Shown piece after piece: positions 40,911-52,135 of a DNA stretch of 64,000 nt. Position numbers and translations under genes: made by a program. The number at the start of each line of letters is the position of its first letter. The stretch's first letter is position 1. The stretch is from Ignisphaera sp. GTDB lineage: Archaea > Thermoproteota > Thermoprotei_A > Sulfolobales > Ignisphaeraceae. The notes beneath the pieces are model-generated. The model was not told where the DNA came from and searched no databases. It worked only from the letters and a program-made list of their open reading frames with translations. The stretch covers positions 26,182-90,181 of the forward strand of contig JAWBDT010000005.1 of NCBI GenBank assembly GCA_038821645.1, read 5' to 3'.

Positions 40911-41891
40911 AATACAGGCTAGAATAGCTTTAGCTGTATGTAATCGATTTTCTGCTTGCAACCACACTACAGAATTCTTCGACTCTATAACATCATCAGT
41001 AACTTCTTCACCTCTATGTGCTGGTAAACAATGCATGAATACATAATCTTTTTTAGCATGAGAAACAAGTTGTGTATTAACTTGATAAGGTTTTAGATCT
41101 TTAATTCTCTTATCACGCTCTAATTCTTGACCCATACTCACCCACACATCAGTATATATGACATCAGCATCTTTTGCTGCTTCTATAGGATCTCTAACTA
41201 TATTTATTTCAGCATTTGTTTCACTAGCTATTTCATAAGCCTTTCTCATTATTTCACTACGTGGTTCATAGCCTTTAGGAGAAGCTATATACAGTTTTCC
41301 ACCAAGCATTGCTATAGCTAGCATAAAGCTATGAAGAACATTATCACTTCCATCTCCTATGAACGCTATCTTGAGGTTTGCTATCCTTCCTTTAGTTTCA
41401 ATAATAGTCATTACATCAGCTATCGCTTGAAGAGGATGCTCAATATCGCTTAACGCATTTATTACTGGTTTGCTAGAATATTCCGCTAGTTCAATTAGAT
41501 TTTCGTGTTTATAGACTCTAGCCGCTATACCATCTACATAACGTTCTAAAACTCTAGCAGTATCTTTTATAGGTTCTCCTCTAGCTAGTTGAAGCTCTTG
41601 AGATGATAGATATAGTGATGCACCCCCAAGTTGATGCATAGCAACTTGCAAACTTACACGTGTACGCGTACTATGTTTCTCGAATATCAGAGCTAACACT
41701 TTTCCAGATAGTATAGGGATCACTACTTCACCTCTGTAAAATCTATTCTTTAGCTCAAAACTGAGACTTACTAACTTTTCTAGCTCTACCTTAGAACAAT
41801 CTGCTATAGACAGAAGATCTCTACCCTTCAAACTATCAACAAAGTTCATGATGCTACACCAAATAGCATGTTGAACCTTCTGTATACACAA
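40902..41891 (-). CDS. argF: Ornithine carbamoyltransferase
   Basis: STRTR, HPLQAIAD, TDVWVSMG, MHCLPAHRG, QAENRLH; true start likely MNFVD. Confidence 0.96.
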   Translation of the reverse strand: MCIQKVQHAIWCSIMNFVDSLKGRDLLSIADCSKVELEKLVSLSFELKNRFYRGEVVIPILSGKVLALIFEKHSTRTRVSLQVAMHQLGGASLYLSSQELQLARGEPIKDTARVLERYVDGIAARVYKHENLIELAEYSSKPVINALSDIEHPLQAIADVMTIIETKGRIANLKIAFIGDGSDNVLHSFMLAIAMLGGKLYIASPKGYEPRSEIMRKAYEIASETNAEINIVRDPIEAAKDADVIYTDVWVSMGQELERDKRIKDLKPYQVNTQLVSHAKKDYVFMHCLPAHRGEEVTDDVIESKNSVVWLQAENRLHTAKAILACILR

Positions 41892-42221
41892 TATTTATAC
41901 TTTACCGCAAAAGCTTTTACGATACATATCAGCTATCTACATTTTACTAAAAATAATAGGTATTTTACTTTCTTTCTTAATCCATGAATATATCTTGAAA
42001 CCTTCAATTATAGTTAAAAATATTTAATAACGTTGTTAACAAACTTGAGTAACTATTGTATTGTGAGATCAGAGGTAATTGAAGCAATCTGTACTATATG
42101 CAACTAGATAGCATTAGGTACTACTATTATAAGATTATACTTGAGTCATGAATAGTTATAATCTTTGAGGATCAATCTTTTCAGTAAATAGTGATTAAGC
42201 AGGGTTGTAGGTAATACCTTC

Positions 42222-43529
42222 ATGATGTCTCGATATAAAACACATAGATGTATAGATATAACTAAAGAACTGGTGGGACAGGAAGTAGTCTTAGCTGGAT
42301 GGATTCATCAGATTAGAGATTTAGGAGGCAAAAAGTTTATTGTACTTAGAGATGGTAGCGGTTATATACAGATAACCATATCAAAAGATTCTGTCTCTAG
42401 CGATATTCTTGCAACAATACAGGATCTCACTTTTGAGACTGTGCTCCAGGTGAAAGGTATTGTTAAAGAAGATCCTAGAGCTCCTAGAGGTGTAGAGATA
42501 ACACCCATACAAATAAATATATTGAATAAAGCTAGATCCCCTCTACCTCTAGATGTAAGTGGTAAGGTTAAAGCAGATCTAGACACTAGGTTAAGGGAAC
42601 GTGTACTAGATCTTAGAAGAGCTGAAATGCGTGCAATAGTAATGATAATGAATACTGCTATTAGGACTATACGTAACGTACTAATATCTAAAGGTTTTGT
42701 AGAGGTATTTACACCGAAAATTATAGCTACTGCTACAGAAGGAGGTGCAAATCTATTTCCAGTAATATACTTTGGTAAAGAAGCTTTTCTAGCTCAAAGT
42801 CCACAACTATATAAGGAACTACTAGCAGCATCACTTGAACGTGTATTTGAGATAGGACCTGCATGGAGAGCTGAAGAAAGTGACACACCTTACCATTTAT
42901 CGGAATTCATAAGTGTTGATATAGAGGCAGCTTTTCTTGACTATAGAGATGTTATGTCCATACTTGAGGAATTAGTTTACATGGTATTCAAATCTGTTGA
43001 AAAAGAGAATTCAGAGGATTTAAAGGTCCTTAGATACAGTTTGCCAGAAATATCTATTCCTTTCCCTAGAATATCCTACACAGAGGCTCTTGACATATTG
43101 AGAAGGAAAGGACTGGATATAAAGTTTGGCGACGATCTAGGAACCCCCGAACTAAGGGTTCTGACATCAGAAATAGAGTCTCCACTATATTTTATAGTAG
43201 AGTTTCCAACAAAAACAAGAGCATTCTATACCAAACCAAAAGATGATACTCCAGAATTAAGTGAAAGTTTTGACCTTATATGGCAGCATCTGGAGCTTGC
43301 TTCTGGTAGCTCTAGAATCCATGTTAAAGAAATGTTTATAGAAGCTCTAAAAAGTAGAGGACTTAATCCCGATAACTTCCAGTACTTCATAAAGTGGTTT
43401 GACTATGGAATGCCTCCTCATGCTGGTTGGGGACTTGGATTAGCGAGATTCTTATTGCTACTTACAGGTAGAACCAATGTTAAAGAAGTAACATTGTTTC
43501 CGAGAGACAAGAAGAGGTTATCTCCATAG
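42222..43529 (+). CDS. aspS: Aspartyl-tRNA synthetase (archaeal type)
   Basis: OB anticodon domain, [35 protein letters not shown]. Confidence 0.96.
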   Translation: MMSRYKTHRCIDITKELVGQEVVLAGWIHQIRDLGGKKFIVLRDGSGYIQITISKDSVSSDILATIQDLTFETVLQVKGIVKEDPRAPRGVEITPIQINILNKARSPLPLDVSGKVKADLDTRLRERVLDLRRAEMRAIVMIMNTAIRTIRNVLISKGFVEVFTPKIIATATEGGANLFPVIYFGKEAFLAQSPQLYKELLAASLERVFEIGPAWRAEESDTPYHLSEFISVDIEAAFLDYRDVMSILEELVYMVFKSVEKENSEDLKVLRYSLPEISIPFPRISYTEALDILRRKGLDIKFGDDLGTPELRVLTSEIESPLYFIVEFPTKTRAFYTKPKDDTPELSESFDLIWQHLELASGSSRIHVKEMFIEALKSRGLNPDNFQYFIKWFDYGMPPHAGWGLGLARFLLLLTGRTNVKEVTLFPRDKKRLSP

Positions 43530-43538
43530 CTTAATGAC

Positions 43539-44711
43539 TTATGTAAATAGTAGCGGATCTGATCTAATTATTTCACGTATAAAAATTGAGGCATAACTTC
43601 CTCTATCTAGTACGAAACTAATTCTAATTTCGTTTCTTTCAGAATATACATAAATATCTCTAGCATATGTTATACTTTCTCTAAAATCTCCTCTAGACTC
43701 TATTCCTAACTCCTTCAATATAAAATCTTTAGGTTCTATACCTTCAACATTAAGCACTTCTTCAATTATGTTTTTGATACCAGGTTGATGAATCTTAATC
43801 CTACTTCCAATTATGGGTATATATCTATAGATGCTATTCATGATGCTTACTGTGTTTTCTATACTTCTATTATTTAGCATTTCTATCCATAGCTTTGATA
43901 ATACTACATTAAATAGGTATGATTGATATGCTTCAACAAATAATCTGAGGTAGTGTCTAGGTATTGCCTTCTTTATGAATGTTAAAGAATCTTCATATCT
44001 GTATCGAAGATTACAGAAAGTATATCCTCTTCCATTAATAGCTGAATATTGTGTAGAAAATGAGTGTTCACATAACACTTCAATAAATGAATCCCAATTC
44101 TTTTTCACCAAAAATTTGCCTAATATATGTGTTATAGGTCTTCTTGATCCAAACCGTTGATAGCCGAAGAAGTTTAGAAACATTCCTCTATACTTCTTTA
44201 CAACATTTAGTCTATTCATAATTACATCTACGTTATCTGGATCTATGACCAACTTTATCATAAATTTGTTACCGTTATGTATAACTTCAGTATCACATTG
44301 CCATAGAAACGCTTCTACATGTCTTTCATTCATTTCCAATTTTAATTCTTTAACAGGAGCTCTACATCCATATAGTATAACAACTTGGTGAGCTACAGCT
44401 TCAGTATCTTTTAGTCCTAGTATCTCAGAAGAACTACAGCTGAGCTTCTTCTTAAGTAGTTCACATAATGTGTAGGTATCTATATTGATTTTCTTTGCTA
44501 TATATATGTATTTATTGTGACATTCATCAATAGATCCATGATCTCTACCTAGAACATCTAGACTAATCCCATTAACTATCTCATATACTACAAATCCGTA
44601 GGGTCTAGGTATCAAAACCTCTATTTCCATATCATTAGCTTCAGGATAAGTATATGTGTATATACCTAAAGCTATATCAAGAAAATGTTTCGATATAAGC
44701 TGCTTGATCAT
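43539..44711 (-). CDS. truD: tRNA pseudouridine(13) synthase TruD
   Basis: GLKD catalytic motif, NFFGYQRFG, AYQSYLFN, GSYAS. Confidence 0.9.
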   Translation of the reverse strand: MIKQLISKHFLDIALGIYTYTYPEANDMEIEVLIPRPYGFVVYEIVNGISLDVLGRDHGSIDECHNKYIYIAKKINIDTYTLCELLKKKLSCSSSEILGLKDTEAVAHQVVILYGCRAPVKELKLEMNERHVEAFLWQCDTEVIHNGNKFMIKLVIDPDNVDVIMNRLNVVKKYRGMFLNFFGYQRFGSRRPITHILGKFLVKKNWDSFIEVLCEHSFSTQYSAINGRGYTFCNLRYRYEDSLTFIKKAIPRHYLRLFVEAYQSYLFNVVLSKLWIEMLNNRSIENTVSIMNSIYRYIPIIGSRIKIHQPGIKNIIEEVLNVEGIEPKDFILKELGIESRGDFRESITYARDIYVYSERNEIRISFVLDRGSYASIFIREIIRSDPLLFT

Positions 44712-44722
44712 GTGAATCTCCG

Positions 44723-45106
44723 CTAAAGTAGAGATAGAGATCCTGTGACTCTATCGATATATTCTGAAGGAGCAGGACCTACACCGAGAGCTGTGACAGT
44801 TCCTGGTGGAAGTTCTGTCAATCCTGCATCAACTATTAAAGCAGTTACAATACCGTATTCTTCAGCAAGTTTTTTTATCTTAAGTAATTCATCAATAGAA
44901 TTGACCTTCACCACAATTTTCTTCTGACCTTGTGCTCTCCATAATTCAACATTTCTACGACATCGAGTATCTTCAATACATTTAATAACAGCTTCTACAG
45001 CTGCATGTGCCACTTGTACTGCTAACTTTCCTTTACTCATTTTTATATCGGTTCTTACAACAATTACTTGCTTAAACTCTTTATCATCACAACCCATTCT
45101 AAACAC
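44723..45106 (-). CDS. pth2: Peptidyl-tRNA hydrolase Pth2
   Basis: [30 protein letters not shown]. Confidence 0.96.
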   Translation of the reverse strand: MFRMGCDDKEFKQVIVVRTDIKMSKGKLAVQVAHAAVEAVIKCIEDTRCRRNVELWRAQGQKKIVVKVNSIDELLKIKKLAEEYGIVTALIVDAGLTELPPGTVTALGVGPAPSEYIDRVTGSLSLL

Positions 45107-45192
45107 CTAAAACAAGATAGAGGTATATGTTCAATGACCATTTACTCATCTCTTGAATGAGATAACAAATATTGTTACAGAACTCGACAATT

Positions 45193-46500
45193 CTATTCTT
45201 TCTCGATAAGTCTTTCTGAAAGCCTCTCTATCTCTACTTCTTCTTGACTCCACTTCTCCATATCCTTAACTGTTGCTACATTTTTCTCAAGTTCCTTCCT
45301 ACCAATAATTATGACATATTTGAAGGAATATTTTGAGGCATATTCCAACCATCTACTCAGCTTACTAACTGATGAAGGTACCTCTAACTGAATGGTAAAT
45401 CCTTTATTTCTAAGCTCTTTTGCAATATTGTATGTTTTTGTATATGCCTTTACATCATCTATAAGCAGTAGAATGAGGACTCGCTTTCTATGTAGTGGTA
45501 CACTCTTCATTCCTTTGTTCATTAACGCTAACATAGTTCTTTCAACACCTATAGCGAAACCTGTTGTCGAGAGGTTTTCGCCTCCATAGATTGTTGTCAG
45601 GTTGTTGTATCTACCTCCACCAGCTATACTTATACTCATTGATGGTACTACAACCTCGAATATAATGTCCGTATAGTATGCTATACCTCTAGCAAACAAT
45701 GGTTCTACAATAACATTAGCACCTATACCTCTGACCATCTCGATATACCTTTCTAGTAATTCAACATGTCTCGTAATCCTGTTGTCGTCCTTAATGCTAC
45801 TCAATACTTCCTTTAATATATTCATAGTGTCTTGCGACTCGCTCTTAAGTATAGCTAAAGTTTCTAATATTTTGGCTTCTTCATATGATCCTCTTGCAAT
45901 GAATAACTCTACTGCTTTATTATACATACCTTTGTCTAGGTAGTGAAGAAGTCTATCTACATCATTATCCTCTAAACCGGCTCTATTAGCTAATTCTCTA
46001 AATATACCTACATTATTAACCTTATACCTTCTATTCTTGAGATCTATAGCATCATAGAATTCCTCTAAGAGCTCAATAAGTTCGACATCATAATATACTT
46101 CATCTCCTCCCAAAATCTCTACACCAGCTTGAGTAAACTCTCTATATCTACCGAACTGAGGTTCATCATATCTAAATACATTACCTATATAGTAGATTCT
46201 TATTGGTTTCGACCAATGCCTCAATTCCTTTAAGTAAACCCTAACTATACTCGGAGTTATCTCTGGTCTAAGAGCTACTTCTCTTCCAGCTTTATCTTTG
46301 AATACAAACATTGATTCCCTTATCTCTTCACCAGATTTAAGTGCAAAAAGTTGAAAACTCTCTATGGTAGGTGTTCTTATCTCTATATAACCAAAACGTT
46401 TAACCACTTCAGCAAAAGTCTGACATATCCATGTCAAGAACTCACTTTCAGGTGGTATATAGTCTCTGAATCCACGTACAGGTTCATAAGATACGTGCAT
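45193..46500 (-). CDS. hisS: Histidyl-tRNA synthetase
   Basis: VRGFRD, LRPEIT, FRYDEPQFGRYREF, RGIAYYT, GGGRY, GFAIGVER. Confidence 0.96.
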   Translation of the reverse strand: MHVSYEPVRGFRDYIPPESEFLTWICQTFAEVVKRFGYIEIRTPTIESFQLFALKSGEEIRESMFVFKDKAGREVALRPEITPSIVRVYLKELRHWSKPIRIYYIGNVFRYDEPQFGRYREFTQAGVEILGGDEVYYDVELIELLEEFYDAIDLKNRRYKVNNVGIFRELANRAGLEDNDVDRLLHYLDKGMYNKAVELFIARGSYEEAKILETLAILKSESQDTMNILKEVLSSIKDDNRITRHVELLERYIEMVRGIGANVIVEPLFARGIAYYTDIIFEVVVPSMSISIAGGGRYNNLTTIYGGENLSTTGFAIGVERTMLALMNKGMKSVPLHRKRVLILLLIDDVKAYTKTYNIAKELRNKGFTIQLEVPSSVSKLSRWLEYASKYSFKYVIIIGRKELEKNVATVKDMEKWSQEEVEIERLSERLIEKE

Positions 46501-46504
46501 AACT

Positions 46505-46996
46505 TCACCTCCTCTCTATTCTAGGAAAGTCTGTTTTATTAACCTCATAATACGTAACTTCACCATTAATATCAACTACAGCTATAACTAGTCTATAGCC
46601 CTGCTTAATAGCTCTATCAACAATTTTGTAAAGTTCTTCTGCAACTATGTATGAATCTTCATCAAGCACATATATCTTTATTTTTTCATCAATAATCACA
46701 AGCTCGTTATTGAAGTCTCCAATACCGACTTTCTTTCCTTTCTTAACAAGATCGTAGAGCACTATAAATGTGGAGAATGTATTGACATCCTTTAATGATT
46801 TTATCAAGTCTATAAACTCTATTCTTTCTCCTTTCTCATCAATTATTTCAACAATACTTGTATACGCTAGGTATAAGAGAATGGGTAGTGGAATCTCTCT
46901 CTCTTCTGACAATCCGAATCTCTCTTTAAGATCAGGTGGTGCTTTAACTAGATATGCCTTACGGTCTATATATTTCACTAAGGTGTTTGTACTCAT
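46505..46996 (-). CDS. tRNA-splicing endonuclease structural (beta) subunit
   Basis: EndA-like fold ending IAVVDINGEVTYYEV; no recognisable catalytic KFG/H motifs. Confidence 0.75.
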   Translation of the reverse strand: MSTNTLVKYIDRKAYLVKAPPDLKERFGLSEEREIPLPILLYLAYTSIVEIIDEKGERIEFIDLIKSLKDVNTFSTFIVLYDLVKKGKKVGIGDFNNELVIIDEKIKIYVLDEDSYIVAEELYKIVDRAIKQGYRLVIAVVDINGEVTYYEVNKTDFPRIERR

Positions 46997-47082
46997 CTAT
47001 ATACCACAATCTGTGCATAGTGTGATTAACAGGATATTAACTTATATCAGATTCTTTACATAAATGTCTAGGTAGAATAGCT

Positions 47083-48138
47083 ATGTACTTACCTTATCCA
47101 ATAAAGGTAAAAGCTCTTGAATGGATTAATGGAAAAGTAAGGTGGCTAAATACAAAACTCTTACCAGAGATAGAGGTATATGAAGAGAGTAATGATTATG
47201 AAAAAGTTGCAAGAGCTATAGAGGATATGGAGATAAGAGGAGCACCTGCAATAGGTGTAGCAGCTGCTTTAGCTATAGCTTCTACAGCTTACAATACATC
47301 TACAGATAGTGTTGAAGATCTACGAAAGAAGTTGCTTAAGGCTATAGATAGACTCAGAAAGACTAGACCTACAGCATATAATCTCTTTTGGTCATTAAAT
47401 CAGATTGAAGAGATAGTAAATAGATCCTATACAAGTGTTGAAGCACTTAAGAAAGCTGTTATAGATAAAGCTCTAGAGCTATATGAAATGGATATAAAGG
47501 TTAATACACTCATAGGTGAGTATGGAGAGAAGTTAATAGAAGATGGAGATACTATTCTAACACATTGTAATGCAGGTGCTCTAGCTACTGTGGCTATGGG
47601 TACAGCTCTAGCTATCATAAGGATTGCATGGTATAAAGGTAAGAGGATAAAGGTTATAGCAACAGAGACAAGACCCATGCTTCAAGGAGCTCGATTAACT
47701 GTTTGGGAACTCATGAAAGAAGGTATACCTGTAACTCTTGTAACAGATAATATGGTTGGCTACATAATGTATAAAAGACTAGTGGATAAAGTCATAGTTG
47801 GTGCAGATAGAATTCTTCCTGATGGACACGTAATTAACAAAATAGGTACCTATACTGTAGCCATAGTTGCTAAGCAACACAATGTACCTTTCTATGTGGC
47901 GGCACCAACTTCAACAATAGATCCTTGGGCCAAATTAAATGAGGTAATTATAGAAGAACGTGATCCTGATGAAGTTAGGAAGATAATGAATAAATTGTTG
48001 ATAACAGTAGAAAACGTACCTGTGTACAATCCTTCATTTGATATAACACCACCTGAACTAGTTACAGCTATTGTAACAGAAAAAGGCGTTATAACACCTC
48101 CATATACAGAAAACCTCAAGAAGTTGTTACAGAACTAA
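47083..48138 (+). CDS. mtnA: Methylthioribose-1-phosphate isomerase (eIF2B-alpha family)
   Basis: IRGAPAIG, TRPTAYNL, THCNAGALAT, ETRPMLQGARLT, GADRI, NKIGT. Confidence 0.92.
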   Translation: MYLPYPIKVKALEWINGKVRWLNTKLLPEIEVYEESNDYEKVARAIEDMEIRGAPAIGVAAALAIASTAYNTSTDSVEDLRKKLLKAIDRLRKTRPTAYNLFWSLNQIEEIVNRSYTSVEALKKAVIDKALELYEMDIKVNTLIGEYGEKLIEDGDTILTHCNAGALATVAMGTALAIIRIAWYKGKRIKVIATETRPMLQGARLTVWELMKEGIPVTLVTDNMVGYIMYKRLVDKVIVGADRILPDGHVINKIGTYTVAIVAKQHNVPFYVAAPTSTIDPWAKLNEVIIEERDPDEVRKIMNKLLITVENVPVYNPSFDITPPELVTAIVTEKGVITPPYTENLKKLLQN

Positions 48139-48195
48139 TATATTTAATAAGACTTTATATAGTTATTGTGTTGCACAAAATATCAAATACAATGA

Positions 48196-48960
48196 TTATC
48201 TGTGCTTAAGTATCGATATTATTTCTACAGCTTTTCGAACATCTTTTTCTACAACAGTACCTGTGACAATAATATCGGCACCTGCTTCAGCAAGATCTTT
48301 GGCTACTTCTTTATCTCGTATACCTCCACCAACAATAACCATAACATCTTCAACAACTTTCTTAACAATATTGACAGTTTTAGAGGGTACAGGTTGTTTT
48401 GCACCTGAACCTGCTTCAAGATATACAAACTTCATTCCCATATATTTGGCTGCCAATGCATATGCTGCAGCTATAGAGGGTTTATCTAATGGTATAGGTC
48501 TTGCTCTACCCATAAAGCTTACAGAGGTATTGAAGGAACCTATAACTATGTAGCCTGTGGGCAAGACCTCTAGCCCAAACCTCTTTATAAGTGGAGCAGC
48601 AGAGATCTGAGCACCAATAACATAATATGTGTTATCTGAATTAAGTAGTGATATGAATAGAAGTGCATCAGCATAAGGAGAGAGTCCTGCTATACTACCT
48701 GGAAAGAGTATTGAAGGTTTATCAAATTCTTCAACTATTTTAGCTATAGCTGTAACATCATCACTAAATACCTGGAGACTTCCACCTATTAGTATAGCAT
48801 CAGTACCTGCATCTACAACCAACTTCAATGTTCTTTTAATTTCGTCTGAGGCTCTAACCTTCTCGGGGTCTATGAGAGTGAAATGTATTTTTGTGTTATT
48901 CTTAACCATATTCTCTAGATATCTATAGACTCTACCTCTCCACTTCAATTTGAACACCAT
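48196..48960 (-). CDS. Geranylgeranylglyceryl phosphate synthase
   Basis: HFTLIDPEK, IGGS, LFPG, YLEAGSGA, VGGGIR. Confidence 0.94.
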   Translation of the reverse strand: MVFKLKWRGRVYRYLENMVKNNTKIHFTLIDPEKVRASDEIKRTLKLVVDAGTDAILIGGSLQVFSDDVTAIAKIVEEFDKPSILFPGSIAGLSPYADALLFISLLNSDNTYYVIGAQISAAPLIKRFGLEVLPTGYIVIGSFNTSVSFMGRARPIPLDKPSIAAAYALAAKYMGMKFVYLEAGSGAKQPVPSKTVNIVKKVVEDVMVIVGGGIRDKEVAKDLAEAGADIIVTGTVVEKDVRKAVEIISILKHR

Positions 48961-48966
48961 ATTAAG

Positions 48967-49341
48967 CTATGGTTGGTGTACCTTTAATAGCTTTCTCAAA
49001 GTTGATGAAAATCCTTCATATACTATCTCCTCAACAATCTTAGCTAAAATTTTTGAATCTACTTCAAGTTCTACAACCTTATTGACTTTTTCAGCTATCT
49101 TAAATCCTACAACATGATAACATGGATTCTCTCTTTTTCTAGATAAATAGTTTATTACAAAATCATCACATGTACAGAATCTACAAGGTGCAACTATGTA
49201 GTCTCTCTTTAATCCCTTAAATACATAAAATTTGAATTCTCTACACTTTATCACAATAAATCGTTTGCTATTAAGAGCTTCTTCAATCTTATCATAACCT
49301 GTAAACTTTTGGAGTATCTGTTCTCTACAGAGGTACTCCAT
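48967..49341 (-). CDS. SWIM zinc-finger protein
   Basis: FCTCDDF...PCYH. Confidence 0.8.
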   Translation of the reverse strand: MEYLCREQILQKFTGYDKIEEALNSKRFIVIKCREFKFYVFKGLKRDYIVAPCRFCTCDDFVINYLSRKRENPCYHVVGFKIAEKVNKVVELEVDSKILAKIVEEIVYEGFSSTLRKLLKVHQP

Positions 49342-49419
49342 ACATATCTGTGACTCTATGTCTACTAAAATAGTTTAAATAGTCTCTACAAAATATCGAA
49401 ACCTGGTGAGTGATAAAGT

Positions 49420-49593
49420 ATGTCTAGATCAGGTAAGAAAGGGCGTAGAGCTGTTGGTGTATCAAGTTACGTAGGACTTGTTAGATTCTATGAAGAAGTG
49501 GAAGAACAGATAAAGATTCCTCCATATGTAATACTATTGCTAGCGTATATAACATCGATAACCATTCTAGCACTTAGGATACTCTTACGTTAA
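49420..49593 (+). CDS. secG: Protein translocase subunit Sec61-beta (archaeal SecG)
   Basis: Not in ORF track (57 aa): MSRSGKKGRR...GLVRFYEEVEEQIKIPP followed by one TM. Confidence 0.9.
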   Translation: MSRSGKKGRRAVGVSSYVGLVRFYEEVEEQIKIPPYVILLLAYITSITILALRILLR

Positions 49594-49686
49594 GTATTAA
49601 TATTCACTAGATTTATACACTTATCAACTGTTACAAGATCTGTATACTGGAATAGATATTTAATTGGTATAACAAAAACACTTACT

Positions 49687-50018
49687 AGCTAGGCCCGATC
49701 CACAAGTAGCTACGGAGTCTAGAGCTCCGAGGAAACACCGCCCTCTACATGGATCCGGAGCTCCGCAAGGAGCCGGGGTAAAACCCCGGGCTCTGGCACA
49801 GAAACGACATGTCCATAAACCAATGAAGATGATGCGGTGAGGATCCCCAGGTAACTGGGGATCAGTTAACCCGTTGATGAGGTTTATGGGAGCAGTGAAA
49901 CGGCCATCCTCCGGAGAGTAAGGTCCGATCTCTATGAGCTCCATGCGAGAGATCGGGAATCCGCTTAGCCAAATGCTACTGAATACAGAAGGCGGGTTAT
50001 TGTGGATCGGGCCTAGCT
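49687..50018 (+). ncRNA. rnpB: RNase P RNA
   Basis: GC-rich island; long P1 stem AGCTAGGCCCGATCCACAA/TTGTGGATCGGGCCTAGCT; GAGGAAACACCGCCC and ACAGAAGGCGGGTT (P4); GCACAGAAA and GTGAAACGGCC conserved elements. Confidence 0.95.
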
Positions 50019-50326
50019 CAATTTTGTTAGATACTTTTCTACAGGAAACTGAGGGGTTAGTAATACCTAGTTCAAATACTTATTGTTGCATTATTTTGTT
50101 CTCTTTTAATCACAGAGACCCCTCAGCTTGTATATACTGATTATGAGCATTTATTTTTGAAATACTTTGAATTATATTATAAAGTTTGTATAATTGTGTC
50201 ATCATATTGTTAATAAAACATAACATAATATCGTTATGAGTCATTAACTATTATTGTGTAAAATATTGTAACAATTTCTTCACTAGAAACAGAGGGGTAT
50301 CTAGATATGTGGGACAAATGTGTGTT

Positions 50327-51748
50327 CTATAGGAAACTGAGGGGTTCCATAAGAAAGCTTACGTCAGTTACAGAAAGCGATAGTTGTGGAGGATGCATAG
50401 AACGTTCTCTTCCATATCTCTTTAATGGTTTAACAAGATGCTTTAATTCACTTGGTGGTGGTATATAAAGTCCTTCAACTATATCTCTTGTAGTTATAAT
50501 GCAGTCGAGAGGTGTATTGTGAGCAACATATCGACATTTTTTGCAGCTGTAACCTTTACCAAATCCCTTCTTAGTCATTCTCTTTCCACAGATAGGGCAT
50601 CTAGGGGCTTTACATATATATAGTGGAGCTAGTTTCTCTACAAATAATTTTTCTACATGTAGATAGGATGTATTACGCCAAGATTTTACATGTCCTTGTA
50701 CTACAACAATATCTCCAGGAATAAGTCTTCTAGCTATGGAAACCAGTCCTGAAGGTTTAAAGAATATTAAATCTATTGATCCAGAATCATCAATTCCTTT
50801 AATAATAACATGTCCCCCTTGTATAATTCTGGGAAATTCAGATATCCTTAACCTAATTTTTGCAGTTCTATAGATTCTTAGATCGGATACTCTTCTATTA
50901 ACAGCATGTGCATCTGTTGCTTGATTTGATCGAAATATTGTCCAAGCGGCTACAGGTTCACATGGTTTTATTATATTTAGAGCTTTTTTAAGATCATAAA
51001 TATCGTCGCCTCTAACGCCATAGAGAATAGGATCATAGCCATGGGGTGTTATTAGAACTCTATTTGTTTCGTAATCTATGTTATTAAATGTTGTGTCATT
51101 TGTGATATCGTCGAAGAGTTTGATAGAGTCTATGTCTATACATCGCTCCTTATTGTAAAACTGTTTAGAACGATAAACAATTAACTCATACGTGTAATCA
51201 GAAGCTGTAGCAAGCCAGCCAATAGCTGCTGTAGCACCAACAAGTCCTCGGCCACGGAATTCATTGCTTATGTATACATTCTCTCTCTCAGTAAACTTCA
51301 AAAGTTTTTCGAACACTATAGATGGTAGAACAATATCTGTCAATGAATTCATATATATCTTAGAGAATATTGGAGGTATAGAACCTATTACTACGATAGC
51401 ACCAGGATCTTCATAGTAGTGATGTATATCTATATCTACTGCTTCACTAAGTTTTTTGTAATATTCTAGAAGGATAGAGTCTATGACATCAAATATTTTG
51501 TCTATATATGAACAAGGAATTTTGATATGTAGTGCTACAGCACCGTTTCCTCGAGTCTTCCATGGAATTGAAGGATTTAATCTAACTAGATTTGGATAAT
51601 CAATGAAGATGAGATCTATGTAATTGGCTAGTTTATGTATAAGAAATGTAGCTGTATGTGTTGTACAACCATATTGATGCAGATCAAAATCATCTAAACC
51701 TATGTGTATTGTACATAGGTAGTCTTTGTATTCTGTTTCTAACATCAC
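50327..51748 (-). CDS. tiaS: tRNA(Ile2) agmatinylcytidine synthase
   Basis: HIGLDD, GCTT, LVRLNPSIPWKTRGNGA, PILYGVRG, SNQATD, C-terminal Zn ribbon, HLVKP. Confidence 0.94.
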   Translation of the reverse strand: MMLETEYKDYLCTIHIGLDDFDLHQYGCTTHTATFLIHKLANYIDLIFIDYPNLVRLNPSIPWKTRGNGAVALHIKIPCSYIDKIFDVIDSILLEYYKKLSEAVDIDIHHYYEDPGAIVVIGSIPPIFSKIYMNSLTDIVLPSIVFEKLLKFTERENVYISNEFRGRGLVGATAAIGWLATASDYTYELIVYRSKQFYNKERCIDIDSIKLFDDITNDTTFNNIDYETNRVLITPHGYDPILYGVRGDDIYDLKKALNIIKPCEPVAAWTIFRSNQATDAHAVNRRVSDLRIYRTAKIRLRISEFPRIIQGGHVIIKGIDDSGSIDLIFFKPSGLVSIARRLIPGDIVVVQGHVKSWRNTSYLHVEKLFVEKLAPLYICKAPRCPICGKRMTKKGFGKGYSCKKCRYVAHNTPLDCIITTRDIVEGLYIPPPSELKHLVKPLKRYGRERSMHPPQLSLSVTDVSFLMEPLSFL

Positions 51749-52059
51749 TATTGCACAGACGACATCTCATTCTTTATATTACTTGATACAACAATCATGG
51801 TTATAGTCGATCTAACTTTTGGTATTCTTCTTATTTTTGATGTCACTATATCCTTTAGCTTTTCGATAGTATCAGCCTCTATTTCAATGAATAAATCGTA
51901 TATACCATAAACAAGACTAGCGTTTTTAACACCTTCGATATTCTTTATGTCGGCTAGCACCTCTTCTTCAGCACCTACATCAGTATTTACTAATACCAAG
52001 GCTCTTGGCATAACCTTTGTACACCTTAGCGTACTAGCATAAAAAGGGTATAAAAACAC
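51748..52059 (-). CDS. Stand-alone Lrp/AsnC ligand-binding (RAM) domain protein
   Basis: ALVLVNTDVGAEEEV...VYGIYDL...VRSTITMIV; probable start MPRALV. Confidence 0.88.
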   Translation of the reverse strand: MFLYPFYASTLRCTKVMPRALVLVNTDVGAEEEVLADIKNIEGVKNASLVYGIYDLFIEIEADTIEKLKDIVTSKIRRIPKVRSTITMIVVSSNIKNEMSSVQ

Positions 52060-52135
52060 ATTTGAATCTAGGATAATAGAGATTTAGATGGCTAAACCAA
52101 AATTATTGTTTTAGTATCGTTATAGGTAACTATGT

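Noticed and set aside
49660-50140. ORFs 49660-49944(-) and 49934-50140(+)
   Set aside because: They overlap the GC-rich RNase P RNA and have no protein-like features.
50327-51748. Idea that tiaS (AUA decoding) explains the ATA starts
   Set aside because: TiaS is near-universal in archaea and modifies elongator tRNA-Ile2; its presence is not evidence for AUA initiation.
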